Part shown: positions 35,843 through 44,994 of the stretch, piece by piece
Layout of the letters: each line of letters starts with the position of its first letter
How positions within the stretch are numbered: position 1 is the first letter of the stretch
Source of the DNA: an uncultured Acidobacteriota bacterium
GTDB taxonomy: Bacteria; Acidobacteriota; Thermoanaerobaculia; Multivoradales; JAHEKO01
NCBI GenBank assembly: GCA_963713825.1
Contig: CAVQNG010000005.1
Coordinates: forward strand, 192,001-256,000
Reading direction: 5' to 3'
Length of the DNA stretch: 64,000 nucleotides
Notes under the pieces: generated by a model
The model's input: the letters and a program-made list of their open reading frames with translations, nothing else
Database searches by the model: none
Told to the model about the DNA's origin: nothing
Program-made: the position numbers and the translations under genes

Positions 35843-36169
35843 ATGAGTCAGCACATCGCAATTCTCGCCGCCGCAGAAGGGGCATCGGCACCTGCATTCA
35901 TGCAGTTCGTGCCGATCCTGCTGGTCTTCGCTATCTTCTACTTCTTGTTGATCGCGCCGATGCGCAAGCGGCAGAAGGCGCTTCAGGGACTGATCGAAGG
36001 CCTGAAGAAAGGCGATCGGGTGGTCACGAACGGCGGACTGTACGGTACGGTCGCGGCCGTCGAGGAACAAGTGGTCATCCTCAAGCTGGCCGAGAACCTG
36101 AAAGTCAGAGTCGCGAAGTCGGCGATCGCGGGCCTCGAGGGACAAGAGGAGCAAGGAGAGCGTAAATGA
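35843..36169 (+). CDS. yajC: Preprotein translocase YajC
   Basis: Motifs IFYFLLI.P..K.QK, LKKGD.VVT.GG.YG. Located between tgt and secD. Confidence 0.95.
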   Translation: MSQHIAILAAAEGASAPAFMQFVPILLVFAIFYFLLIAPMRKRQKALQGLIEGLKKGDRVVTNGGLYGTVAAVEEQVVILKLAENLKVRVAKSAIAGLEGQEEQGERK

Positions 36170-37740
36170 GCAGCAAACTTCTCTGGCGGGGACTTCTGAT
36201 CGCGGCTGTCGTCGGGCTGGCGATATTTTCGGCTTATCCCCTTCAGGAAAAACTCAAGCTCGGGCTGGATCTGCGAGGCGGCATTCACCTGGTTCTGCAG
36301 GTGGAAGTCGATGATGCCGTCAGGTCGGAGACAACCAAAGACATCGATCGCCTGCTTCAAGAAGTTGCCGATGCTGGACTCGAAGGCGTCACAGCGAACC
36401 AAACGTCGAGCTCCAGCTTTGAGATGCAGGGTGTACCCCAGGGGCGAGATCGAGAGGTCGGTGGCATCGTCAGCGAGTATATGCCTGGCTGGAATTGGCA
36501 GCGGCGGGGAGATCTGTTGGCTTTCAAGATGGAAATCGCCAATCTCAACGAGATCGAGAACCTGGCTGTCAAGCAGGCGCTGGAGACAATCCGCAACCGT
36601 GTAGACGAATTTGGTGTTGCCGATCCACTCATTCAGCGCCAGGGCATGGAGGGTGATCGTATCGTGGTGCAGCTGCCCGGGGTCGACGACCCCGAGCGCG
36701 TCAAGAAGCTGATCAAGAACACTGCCTTTCTGGAGTTTCGGCTCGTTACCCATCCTCCCGGTGGTGGGGGCGTTGCGAGCCGTGAGGAGATCACGGCCCA
36801 CTACGGCGGTCAGATCCCCTCGAGCATCGAGATTCTCACCGGATCCATTCGTGATGACCAGGGCCGGGCAATTGGGCAGCAGTTCTATGCGGTGGAGAAG
36901 CGGACAGTCATCACCGGTCGTGACCTGAAGACTGCGCGGCCCGGTGTCGGTGAGTTCAATCAGCCGGTCGTCAACTTCTATCTCACCCATGAGGGTGGGA
37001 AGCTGTTCGCCGAGGCCACCGGTGCCAATGTCGGCAAGGGGCTGGCAATCGTGCTGGACGGCAATGTGGTCTCCGCTCCGAACATCCGGTCGCGAATCGG
37101 CGACTCTGGTCTCATCGAGGGTTCCTTCACCAGGCAGGAAGTCGAAGATCTGTCGACCGTCTTGAGATCGGGTGCCCTGCCTGCCGGCATCACCTATCTG
37201 GAGGAGCGAACAGTGGGTCCGACCCTGGGTCAGGACTCCATTCGGCAAGGCCTCAGGGCGGGTGTCATCGGACTGTCCCTGGTAGTTCTTGCCATGCTCC
37301 TGGTCTACAAGGGCACGGGGTTGAATGCCATTATCGCCCTGATTCTCAACATCATTCTCATTTTCGGAGCGCTGGCCTATTTCGGCGCCACCCTGACCTT
37401 GCCCGGCATCGCAGGCATCGTGCTGACGATTGGCATGGCCGTCGATGCCAACGTGCTGATCTTCGAGCGAATCCGTGAAGAGCTGCACCATGGCAGGACG
37501 GTGAAGTCGGCCATCGACGCCGGCTTTGGCAAGGCCCTGTCGTCGGTGATGGATGCCAATATCACGACCTTGATTGCGGCGCTGTTTCTGTTCCAGTTCG
37601 GAACCGGACCGATCCGGGGATTCGCGGTGACCCTGTCGATCGGCATCCTGGCGTCGCTGTTCACCGCTATCTTCGTGAGTCGATGGATCTTCGACGTGGT
37701 TCTTTCGAGGCGACGTCGAGTCGATCGGTTGTCGATCTAG
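36166..37740 (+). CDS. secD: Protein translocase SecD
   Basis: Motifs LGLDLRGG, RNRVDEFGV, VGPTLG, GMAVDANVLIFERIREE. Confidence 0.97.
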   Translation: MSSKLLWRGLLIAAVVGLAIFSAYPLQEKLKLGLDLRGGIHLVLQVEVDDAVRSETTKDIDRLLQEVADAGLEGVTANQTSSSSFEMQGVPQGRDREVGGIVSEYMPGWNWQRRGDLLAFKMEIANLNEIENLAVKQALETIRNRVDEFGVADPLIQRQGMEGDRIVVQLPGVDDPERVKKLIKNTAFLEFRLVTHPPGGGGVASREEITAHYGGQIPSSIEILTGSIRDDQGRAIGQQFYAVEKRTVITGRDLKTARPGVGEFNQPVVNFYLTHEGGKLFAEATGANVGKGLAIVLDGNVVSAPNIRSRIGDSGLIEGSFTRQEVEDLSTVLRSGALPAGITYLEERTVGPTLGQDSIRQGLRAGVIGLSLVVLAMLLVYKGTGLNAIIALILNIILIFGALAYFGATLTLPGIAGIVLTIGMAVDANVLIFERIREELHHGRTVKSAIDAGFGKALSSVMDANITTLIAALFLFQFGTGPIRGFAVTLSIGILASLFTAIFVSRWIFDVVLSRRRRVDRLSI

Positions 37741-37795
37741 TCATACGGGCTTGATCTCGATCGGTTGACGAACTACGGTCGCGGGAGTTGAGAGT

Positions 37796-38971
37796 ATGGA
37801 GTTCTTCCAAAACACGAACATCGACTTCATGAAGTATCGCAAGCACTTCGTGCTGATTTCGATCGCACTGCTGGCGATCTCTGTCCTCGAGGTCTTCATC
37901 CAAAAGAGTCTGAACGTGGGCATCGACTTCGCGGGCGGTACCCAGTTGACGATCAAGTTCAGCGACAAGCCCGAGGTCGATGAGTTGCGGGATGTCGTTT
38001 CCGCCGCCGGGGTGAGAGATGCGCAGATCCAGAGATTCGGAGCCGAAGAAGCCGACGAGGTGATCATCAAGACCGCCACTGTCGCTGGTAATGAGGAAGG
38101 CACCCAGGCTGAAGTCGTCCAGGCTCTGGATGAACGTTTCAACGGCGAGTCAGCCGGCGGATTCGACCTCAACCGGCGCGGCAGGGACGCTCTGGCCAGC
38201 CTGCTTCTGGAAAGCGACCCGGATCGGGTCGTGGCGCAAGACCCGGAAGTGGCCCGGCAGCGCTATGAGGAGCTGGCCGAGGCGATTCTCGAGCAGCGTC
38301 GCGTTAACGGTTTGCTGGAGTCCTGGGACGAGGTGGCAGGAGTCAGCAACGAGGTTCGGACCGCGCTCGAAAGGCAGACCTATCTGGGCGAATTTGCCGT
38401 TCTTGGGTCCGAGAACGTTGGCCCCCAGATCGGAGCGGAATTGCGGCGCAAGGGCATTCTGGCCGTGGTCTCTTCCCTGCTCGGGATGCTGATCTACATC
38501 TGGTTCCGATTCGAGCTACGTTTCGGGGTCGGAGCGCTGGTAGCGGTGACCCATGACGTGCTGATCGTTCTCGGTCTGTTCTCCATGGCCGGCTTCGAGT
38601 TCAATCTGACGACGATCGCCGGCTTCTTGACGCTGATCGGATATTCGGTCAACGACACTGTCGTCGTCTTCGACCGGGTGCGGGAGAATCTCCGCCGCAG
38701 CCGACGGGAGCCCCTGGTGGAGACCATGAACAAGAGTCTGAATCAGACCCTCTCCCGAACTGTGCTGACCTCAGGCACGACTCTTCTCGCGGTTGGCAGC
38801 CTCCTGCTGTTCGGTGGAGATGTCTTGAGAGGCTTCGCGTTCATCATTACGGTTGGCGTGATCGTCGGGACCTATTCCTCTATATATGTAGCCAGCCCAT
38901 TCGCTCTACTCTGGGAAAAATGGTTCGGCAGCGAACGCGGGCGGCAATCTCCAAGACAGAGTCCGGCCTGA
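37796..38971 (+). CDS. secF: Protein translocase SecF
   Basis: Motifs GIDFAGG, VGPQIG.EL, HDV, GYSVNDTVVVFDRVRE. Confidence 0.97.
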   Translation: MEFFQNTNIDFMKYRKHFVLISIALLAISVLEVFIQKSLNVGIDFAGGTQLTIKFSDKPEVDELRDVVSAAGVRDAQIQRFGAEEADEVIIKTATVAGNEEGTQAEVVQALDERFNGESAGGFDLNRRGRDALASLLLESDPDRVVAQDPEVARQRYEELAEAILEQRRVNGLLESWDEVAGVSNEVRTALERQTYLGEFAVLGSENVGPQIGAELRRKGILAVVSSLLGMLIYIWFRFELRFGVGALVAVTHDVLIVLGLFSMAGFEFNLTTIAGFLTLIGYSVNDTVVVFDRVRENLRRSRREPLVETMNKSLNQTLSRTVLTSGTTLLAVGSLLLFGGDVLRGFAFIITVGVIVGTYSSIYVASPFALLWEKWFGSERGRQSPRQSPA

Positions 38972-39171
38972 GTCCAAGCGCACCGCGCCCACGGTGCGGA
39001 GAAACCAGATCGATCGACACCTCTTCTATCGGGTTCGTTCAGCGGGCTGGGCAGCAGCTGCAGTGTGCCGCAGGATAGCGGTGCCGACCGTCCTCTATAA
39101 TTCGCCAGGAAAGCGCGGCTGCCCAGATTTTTGTGTCGACGTCGGCATTCTCGCAGTCGCCGAGACGGCGC

Positions 39172-41418
39172 ATGGCGAACCTCAGACGATCCTTCGGCTC
39201 CAACCACCTCCGACCACCGGTCGAGGTGCGCGAGGACGTGCAGTTCGAGGACGTTCTGGCAGGGCTGAGGCGTCACGACAGGCCATTCGACGAAGCGTTT
39301 CTCCAGTCTCTCTACGAGTTCTCCCGTGACACCCACGGGGACCAGGTGCGGCGCTCCGGCAAGCCGTACTTCACCCATCCCCTCCATGTGGCATACATCC
39401 TGGCCGACCTGGGCTTCGACGAGACCTGCGTTGCTGTCGGCCTGCTGCACGACGTGTTGGAGGACACCCTGGCCGAGAGGCAGGAGCTGGCCGATCGTTT
39501 CGGTGAGGAGATCGCTCAACTGGTCGATGGGGTCACCAAGATCGGTCGCCATTCGTACGTGCGGCGCGACCAGGCACAGGCCGAGACCTTTCGCAAGTTG
39601 ATCCTGGCCTCGGCCAAGGACATTCGCGTCATCCTCGTCAAGCTGGCGGACCGTCTGCACAACATGCAGACTCTCGAGCACATGCCAGTCGAGTCGCGGC
39701 GGCGCATCGCTCGAGAGACGCTGGAGATCTACGCGCCGACCGCCCATCGCCTCGGCATGTCGAAAGTGCAGGGCGACTTACAGGACCTGGCGTTCTTTCA
39801 TCTTCATCCCAATGACTTCAGCGAGCTCCGAACACAGATTCAGCAGAAGGTCAAACTTGGACGGCAGGCCACCGAGAAGATTCGTGCCCAGTTGGTCGAC
39901 TTGTTGAGCGAGGCAGGGCTCGAAGCCGAGATCAGTTTTCGGGTCAAGCGCTTCTATTCCATTTACCAGAAGATGCGTCGGCAGGGGATTGACGCCTCGC
40001 AGCTCTACGATTACCTGGCCTTTCGAATCGTCACTCCGTCGGTCCGTGACTGTTACGCCTGTCTGGGCGTGGTGCATCAGGCCTGGCGACCGGTACCCGG
40101 TCGATTCAAGGACTACATCGCCATGCCGAAGCCGAACCTCTATCAGTCTCTGCACACCACTCTCGTCAGTCCCAATGGCGAGCCGTTCGAGGTCCAGATT
40201 CGCACCCAGGAGATGGACCTGATCGCCGAGGACGGTATCGCTGCACACTGGCGCTACAAAGAGGGCGATCCGGAGCCGGCCGAAACCGATCAGAGCTTCT
40301 CCTGGCTACGCCAGCTCCTGGAGTGGCAGAAGGACGTGCAAGACCCGCGCACATTTCTCAATTCTCTGAAGATCGATCTCTATCCCGACGAGGTGTATGT
40401 CTTTACCCCGAAGGGTGACGTGTACTCGTTTCCCCGCGGCGCCACGCCCTTGGACTTCGCTTACAAGATCCACACCGATCTGGGGCACCACTGTGTGGGG
40501 GCGAAGATCAACGGCAAGCTCGAGCCCCTGCGCAGCGAGCTCAAGAACGGCGACATCGTCGAGATCGTGACCAACCCCTCCCGCTTCCCGAGTCGCGACT
40601 GGCTGAGTTTCGTCGCCACGTCCAGAGCCAAGACCAAGATCCGTCAGTGGCTCAACACGGAGCAGAAAGAGCGCGCGACAGAGATCGGCAAGCGTCTGGT
40701 GGAGAAGGAGCTCAAGAAGCACAAGGTCGGCATGAAGCGCTTCCTCGACAGCGACGGCCTGGGCGAGTACCTGACCGCCGAGGGTATCGCCCGCCCAGGG
40801 GATCTCTTTGCCTCAGTCGGGTACGGCAAGACCTCGGTGCGACACCTACTGAATCGAGTCCTGACGAGCGACGAGCTGGAGACGGTGGAACAAGAGCCAG
40901 GCCCCTTGCGTCGCGCCGTCACCAAGATCCTGCCCTTCGGCAGTGACGCCATCGCGGTCAAAGGCCAGAGCGATCTGCTGGCCTACCTGGCCAAGTGCTG
41001 CAGCCCAGTTCCCGGCGAGCCGATCGTCGGCTACATCACGCGGGGCAGAGGTGTGTCGGTGCACTCGGTAGAGTGCACGAACGTCCAGAACCTGCTGTAC
41101 AACCAGGAGCGAGAGATCGAGGTCGAGTGGGCTCGCCAGAGCGATGAGCTGTACCCGGTGGTGCTGGTCATCGAGACGGAAGACAACCCCGGCATGCTGG
41201 CCCGGCTCACTGAGGTGATGGCGAAGCACAACAGCAACATCCGGCAGATCGAGGCGGAAACCATCGAGTCGGGTCGTGGCCTGATCGAAGTCGTTGTCGA
41301 GGTGCAAAACCGCAAGCACCTAGAGCGACTCCGCCAGAGCATCCGCGCTCTGCCCGGAGTCTTCGAAGTCGGACGACGACGTGGCCCAGGCTTGAAGACA
41401 GACCACAACACAGACTGA
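39172..41418 (+). CDS. rel: Bifunctional (p)ppGpp synthetase/hydrolase (long RSH)
   Basis: Intact HD motif (LLHDVLEDT), KLADRLHNM, RFKDYIA.PK.N.YQSLHT, and TGS, ZFD, ACT domains. Start uncertain (39133 or 39172). Confidence 0.95.
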   Translation: MANLRRSFGSNHLRPPVEVREDVQFEDVLAGLRRHDRPFDEAFLQSLYEFSRDTHGDQVRRSGKPYFTHPLHVAYILADLGFDETCVAVGLLHDVLEDTLAERQELADRFGEEIAQLVDGVTKIGRHSYVRRDQAQAETFRKLILASAKDIRVILVKLADRLHNMQTLEHMPVESRRRIARETLEIYAPTAHRLGMSKVQGDLQDLAFFHLHPNDFSELRTQIQQKVKLGRQATEKIRAQLVDLLSEAGLEAEISFRVKRFYSIYQKMRRQGIDASQLYDYLAFRIVTPSVRDCYACLGVVHQAWRPVPGRFKDYIAMPKPNLYQSLHTTLVSPNGEPFEVQIRTQEMDLIAEDGIAAHWRYKEGDPEPAETDQSFSWLRQLLEWQKDVQDPRTFLNSLKIDLYPDEVYVFTPKGDVYSFPRGATPLDFAYKIHTDLGHHCVGAKINGKLEPLRSELKNGDIVEIVTNPSRFPSRDWLSFVATSRAKTKIRQWLNTEQKERATEIGKRLVEKELKKHKVGMKRFLDSDGLGEYLTAEGIARPGDLFASVGYGKTSVRHLLNRVLTSDELETVEQEPGPLRRAVTKILPFGSDAIAVKGQSDLLAYLAKCCSPVPGEPIVGYITRGRGVSVHSVECTNVQNLLYNQEREIEVEWARQSDELYPVVLVIETEDNPGMLARLTEVMAKHNSNIRQIEAETIESGRGLIEVVVEVQNRKHLERLRQSIRALPGVFEVGRRRGPGLKTDHNTD

Positions 41419-41525
41419 GCTGGCATGGCCTGCTCAACCGGGACTGGACGGGCTCACCCACCGTGGGGCGAGTCTGGTTTTCAGGAGTGGAGTCGGATCG
41501 CTTCGAATCGAAAGAGCCTGCCACC

Positions 41526-41756
41526 TCAAGAATCGACTTCGACCTCTTCGGGCTGCCAGTTACGAGTCTCCGGCTTTTGCACCTTGCCGCTTCTCAGGCA
41601 GCGGGTGCAAACCCAGACGCGCTGAGTCGCACCGTCGATCACCGCGCGCACCTTTTGCAGGTTCGGTTCCCAGGTCCGGTTCGAGACGTTGTGGGCATGA
41701 CTGATACTGCGTCCTGCCACGGTTCCTTTGCCACAGATTGCACATTGCTTGGACAT
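41526..41756 (-). CDS. rpmB: 50S ribosomal protein L28
   Basis: MSKQCAICGK..G..ISHAHN..R.W.PNLQ...VCTRCLRSG. AAGGAG RBS. Confidence 0.97.
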   Translation of the reverse strand: MSKQCAICGKGTVAGRSISHAHNVSNRTWEPNLQKVRAVIDGATQRVWVCTRCLRSGKVQKPETRNWQPEEVEVDS

Positions 41757-41987
41757 GTTGTGGATCTCCTTGACTTCTCAGAAGAAGGCGCCTACGGTAG
41801 CAGAAACGTGGGAGAGATCCAATAGATGCGACTCGAAAATGAACGGTTCGAAATCTGGTGTGTTGGGGTTCGAGATGCATCTATGCAAACTCGTCGAAGC
41901 TGCGGAGGGAGACAAGACGGTCACCGGGAGGTCGGGCTGCTCGATGGAAAGCGTCCGATTCTGACCGAGAGTTTGTGACCGGTGCCC

Positions 41988-42017
41988 TTGACAGGAAAAA
42001 AGGCTTCTTGTTAGTTT
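41988..42017 (+). promoter_or_regulatory. Putative sigma70 promoter for pilMNOPQ
   Basis: TTGACA-N18-TAGTTT with a preceding TG, in an AT-rich context. Confidence 0.5.
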
Positions 42018-42086
42018 CCAGTAAAGCTTGAAGAATTGATGTGCAAACTTGCATAAACACAGTGTTTTCAGGAGTTTCCTGGCGTC

Positions 42087-43145
42087 GTGTTTTGGTCACG
42101 GTCTAAAAGCGTAGTAGGGCTAGACATCGGTAGTTCCGGTGTCAAGCTCGTCGAGCTCAAAGAGCGCAAGCCCGGCGACTACCATCTCCTTCGGGTTGGA
42201 GTGGAGCCTCTGTCACCGGAAGCCATTGTCGATGGGTCCATCATGGATTCGTCGCTGGTCGTGGATGCCATTCAAAAGCTAACTCAGGAGACCGGCGCCA
42301 AGGGGTCGAGTTGCGCCACTTCCGTCTCCGGGCACTCGGTGATCATCAAGAAGATCCAGGTGCCGGCGATGCCGACCGCCGAACTGGAGGAGTCCATCCA
42401 GTGGGAGGCAGAGCAGTACATCCCATTCGACATCAATGATGTCCGACTCGACTATGTCGTGTTGTCCGAAGGGATGTCCGGGGATGACTCGATGGAGGTG
42501 CTGCTGGTTGCCGTCAAGCGGGACAAGGTCAATGACTACGTGTCCGTCATCAGCCAGTGTGGCAAGAGCCCGGCGGTTGTCGATCTCGATGCCTTCGCGG
42601 TGCAGAACGCGTATGAGGTCAACCACGACCTGGACCCCAATAAAGTAGTCGCGCTTGTCAACATGGGTGCGGGTGTCACCAACATCAACATCCTGGCACA
42701 CGGCTCGACGGTCTTCTGGCGGGATATTTCATTCGGTGGTAATCAGTTCACCGAAGCCCTGCAGCGTGAATACAACCTGTCCTTCGATCAGGCCGAGAGA
42801 GTCAAACGGGGCGAGCAGGTCGAGGAGTGCTCGGCAGCAGAAGCTCGTGCGGTTCTCGACTCTGTTTCCGCGGAGATGGCTTCTGAGATCCAGAAGACCT
42901 TCGACTTCTTCGCTGCCACGGCCGCCGAGGACAGTGTTGATGAGCTAATGCTCTCTGGCGGTTGTGCACAGACGCCGAATCTGCAGTCCGTACTGCAAGA
43001 GAGGTTCGGAGTTCGCACCGAGCTGATGAACCCGTTGCGCCGCATTCACTTCCGGGAGAGCGACTTTGACAGCCAGTGGCTACAGTCCATCGCGCCGATG
43101 CTGACCGTGGCCGTAGGACTGGCAGTCCGCAAGGTCGGGGAATAG
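42087..43145 (+). CDS. pilM: Type IV pilus assembly protein PilM
   Basis: Motifs VGLDIGSS.VK.VEL, WEAEQYIPF, LSGG.A, AVGLA.R. Confidence 0.95.
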   Translation: MFWSRSKSVVGLDIGSSGVKLVELKERKPGDYHLLRVGVEPLSPEAIVDGSIMDSSLVVDAIQKLTQETGAKGSSCATSVSGHSVIIKKIQVPAMPTAELEESIQWEAEQYIPFDINDVRLDYVVLSEGMSGDDSMEVLLVAVKRDKVNDYVSVISQCGKSPAVVDLDAFAVQNAYEVNHDLDPNKVVALVNMGAGVTNINILAHGSTVFWRDISFGGNQFTEALQREYNLSFDQAERVKRGEQVEECSAAEARAVLDSVSAEMASEIQKTFDFFAATAAEDSVDELMLSGGCAQTPNLQSVLQERFGVRTELMNPLRRIHFRESDFDSQWLQSIAPMLTVAVGLAVRKVGE

Positions 43146-43151
43146 CGAACC

Positions 43152-43757
43152 ATGATCAAGATCAATCTGGTTGGCGAAAGAAAGCGTCCGGCTGCGCCTG
43201 GGCCCTCGCAGTTGAAGGGTATCCAGGAGGGCGCCAACGCTGGGTTGTGGGCTCTGGTGGGGCTGGTTCTGGCCGGCATCCTGATCACTCTTGGACACCT
43301 CTATATCGTCAACGGCAAGGTGAAGGATATGCAGGCGCAGGTTGTCGAGGCCGAGAAAGAGGTCAAGGAGCTCGAGCCCTACATCAAGGAAGTCGAAGCG
43401 TACAAGGCCAAGAAGTCCGAGCTCGAGCGCAAAGTCCAGGTCATCAATCAGTTGAAGACCAACCAGAGAGGGCCGGTCCAGATCATGGACCAGGTATCCC
43501 GTGCCCTGCCCGAGCTGCTGTGGCTCACCAAGATGGACGTCACGCCGACGACCATCACCATTTCTGGCGAGGCCTTCAACACCAATGCCGTAGCCAACTT
43601 CATCGAGAACCTCGATCGCGTCACCGAGTTTCAGGAACCGATACTCAGAGATACGTCGCAGCGGGGTCAGATCTACACTTTCGTGGTGGCTTTCAATTAC
43701 ACCTATCAAGTTCCGCCGGCGGAGCAGCCCGAAGGGGCCGACGCCACGGCAGGATAG
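43152..43757 (+). CDS. pilN: Type IV pilus assembly protein PilN
   Basis: N-terminal MIKINL, one TM helix, coiled coil, LP..LWLT. Confidence 0.93.
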   Translation: MIKINLVGERKRPAAPGPSQLKGIQEGANAGLWALVGLVLAGILITLGHLYIVNGKVKDMQAQVVEAEKEVKELEPYIKEVEAYKAKKSELERKVQVINQLKTNQRGPVQIMDQVSRALPELLWLTKMDVTPTTITISGEAFNTNAVANFIENLDRVTEFQEPILRDTSQRGQIYTFVVAFNYTYQVPPAEQPEGADATAG

Positions 43758-43772
43758 GAGAGGCTGGCGAGA

Positions 43773-44378
43773 ATGGGAATCCGAACCGGTCTGGAAGACA
43801 AACCCTGGTGGGTCTCGGCAATCGTGGGCCTCGTGCTGGCATGCTTGCTGTACTGGGGCGGGCACCACTATTTGCTGAAACCCAAGTACAAGGAGCTCGA
43901 CGCCCAAGAGGCGAAGTTGGCCGAGCTTCAGATCAAGATTCAAGAAGGTCGGGCGGCCAAGGCAGAACTGCCGCGCTTCCGAGAAGAGGTCCAGCGCCTC
44001 GAGCTCGAGTTGGACAAACTGCTCCGAATTCTTCCGGCTCGTCGCAACACTCCCGAGTTGCTGCGTCGAATCCGGGACCTGACCGAGCAGGGTGACTTCG
44101 AGCTCAAGCGATTCACACCTGGGAACTTCATCGATCAGGAGTTCTACAGCGAGTGGCCGATCGCCATCAGCCTGGACGGCACCTATCACAACCTTGCTCT
44201 GCTCTTCGATCGCGTGGGTCGGTTCTCCCGCATCATCAATATCGAAGGGTTGAAGATTCAGAACGTTCGCTCGCGAGACTCGGGGGCCGACACCATCGAG
44301 GCCAGTTTCACGGCGAAGACATTCATCTACAAAGAGCCCACCCCTGTCGAAGAAGAGGGCGTGGTCGAGGGTCAGTAG
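43773..44378 (+). CDS. pilO: Type IV pilus assembly protein PilO
   Basis: TM helix plus coiled coil; motifs LP....P.LL, FY.E.PI, G.YH, RIINI. Confidence 0.93.
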   Translation: MGIRTGLEDKPWWVSAIVGLVLACLLYWGGHHYLLKPKYKELDAQEAKLAELQIKIQEGRAAKAELPRFREEVQRLELELDKLLRILPARRNTPELLRRIRDLTEQGDFELKRFTPGNFIDQEFYSEWPIAISLDGTYHNLALLFDRVGRFSRIINIEGLKIQNVRSRDSGADTIEASFTAKTFIYKEPTPVEEEGVVEGQ

Positions 44379-44401
44379 ACGGAATGAGAATCGGGAGAAG
44401 G

Positions 44402-44944
44402 ATGATGAAATCGACAGCAAAGCGAACCCTGGCATCGACAGCGCTGTTCATGGCGTTGGCCCTGGTCATCGGGTGGCAGTCGACTGCTGTCTTGGCCCAG
44501 GAGCCAGAGGCCGCGCCGGCCCAACCGACGCTGCCGGCCCTGGATGACGAACCCGATACCAACGTGGACGACCTCCTGAAAGACGAATCAGCGATGTTGG
44601 CTGGTGAGGGCTACTACTACGATCCGGGTGATCGTCGGGACCCCTTCAAGTCGTTGATGGAGGCCAGAGACCGCCCGTTGATTCGGGGACCCAGGCCGGA
44701 AGGTATTCCTGGCCTGTTGATTGATGAGATTGACATTACCGGCGTCTTTGTCACTGCGAATGGGCCGATCATTCAGGTCCAGTCCTCTGACCGAGAGCAG
44801 AGCTATCTCCTGAGGATCGGGGATCAACTCTACGACGGTGATGTGATCGGTATCAGTGGCAACGAAGCGATATTCAAGCAGATTGTGGACGACCCGACCG
44901 CTCTTAAGCCGTTTCGGGAGGTGGTCAAGAAGCTCAACCCATGA
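44402..44944 (+). CDS. pilP: PilP-like assembly protein
   Basis: YDP..RRDPF motif; located between pilO and pilQ. Start 44384, 44402 or 44405. Confidence 0.8.
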   Translation: MMKSTAKRTLASTALFMALALVIGWQSTAVLAQEPEAAPAQPTLPALDDEPDTNVDDLLKDESAMLAGEGYYYDPGDRRDPFKSLMEARDRPLIRGPRPEGIPGLLIDEIDITGVFVTANGPIIQVQSSDREQSYLLRIGDQLYDGDVIGISGNEAIFKQIVDDPTALKPFREVVKKLNP

Positions 44945-44994
44945 GCGGGCACGGGATATCCCGGGCACCTGCTGGTGGGAGGGAGGCGAGCGCC

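Noticed and set aside
41757-42086. Small ORFs or an RNA in the rpmB-pilM intergenic region
   Set aside because: No homology cues or strong structure. It is best explained as a divergent promoter region.
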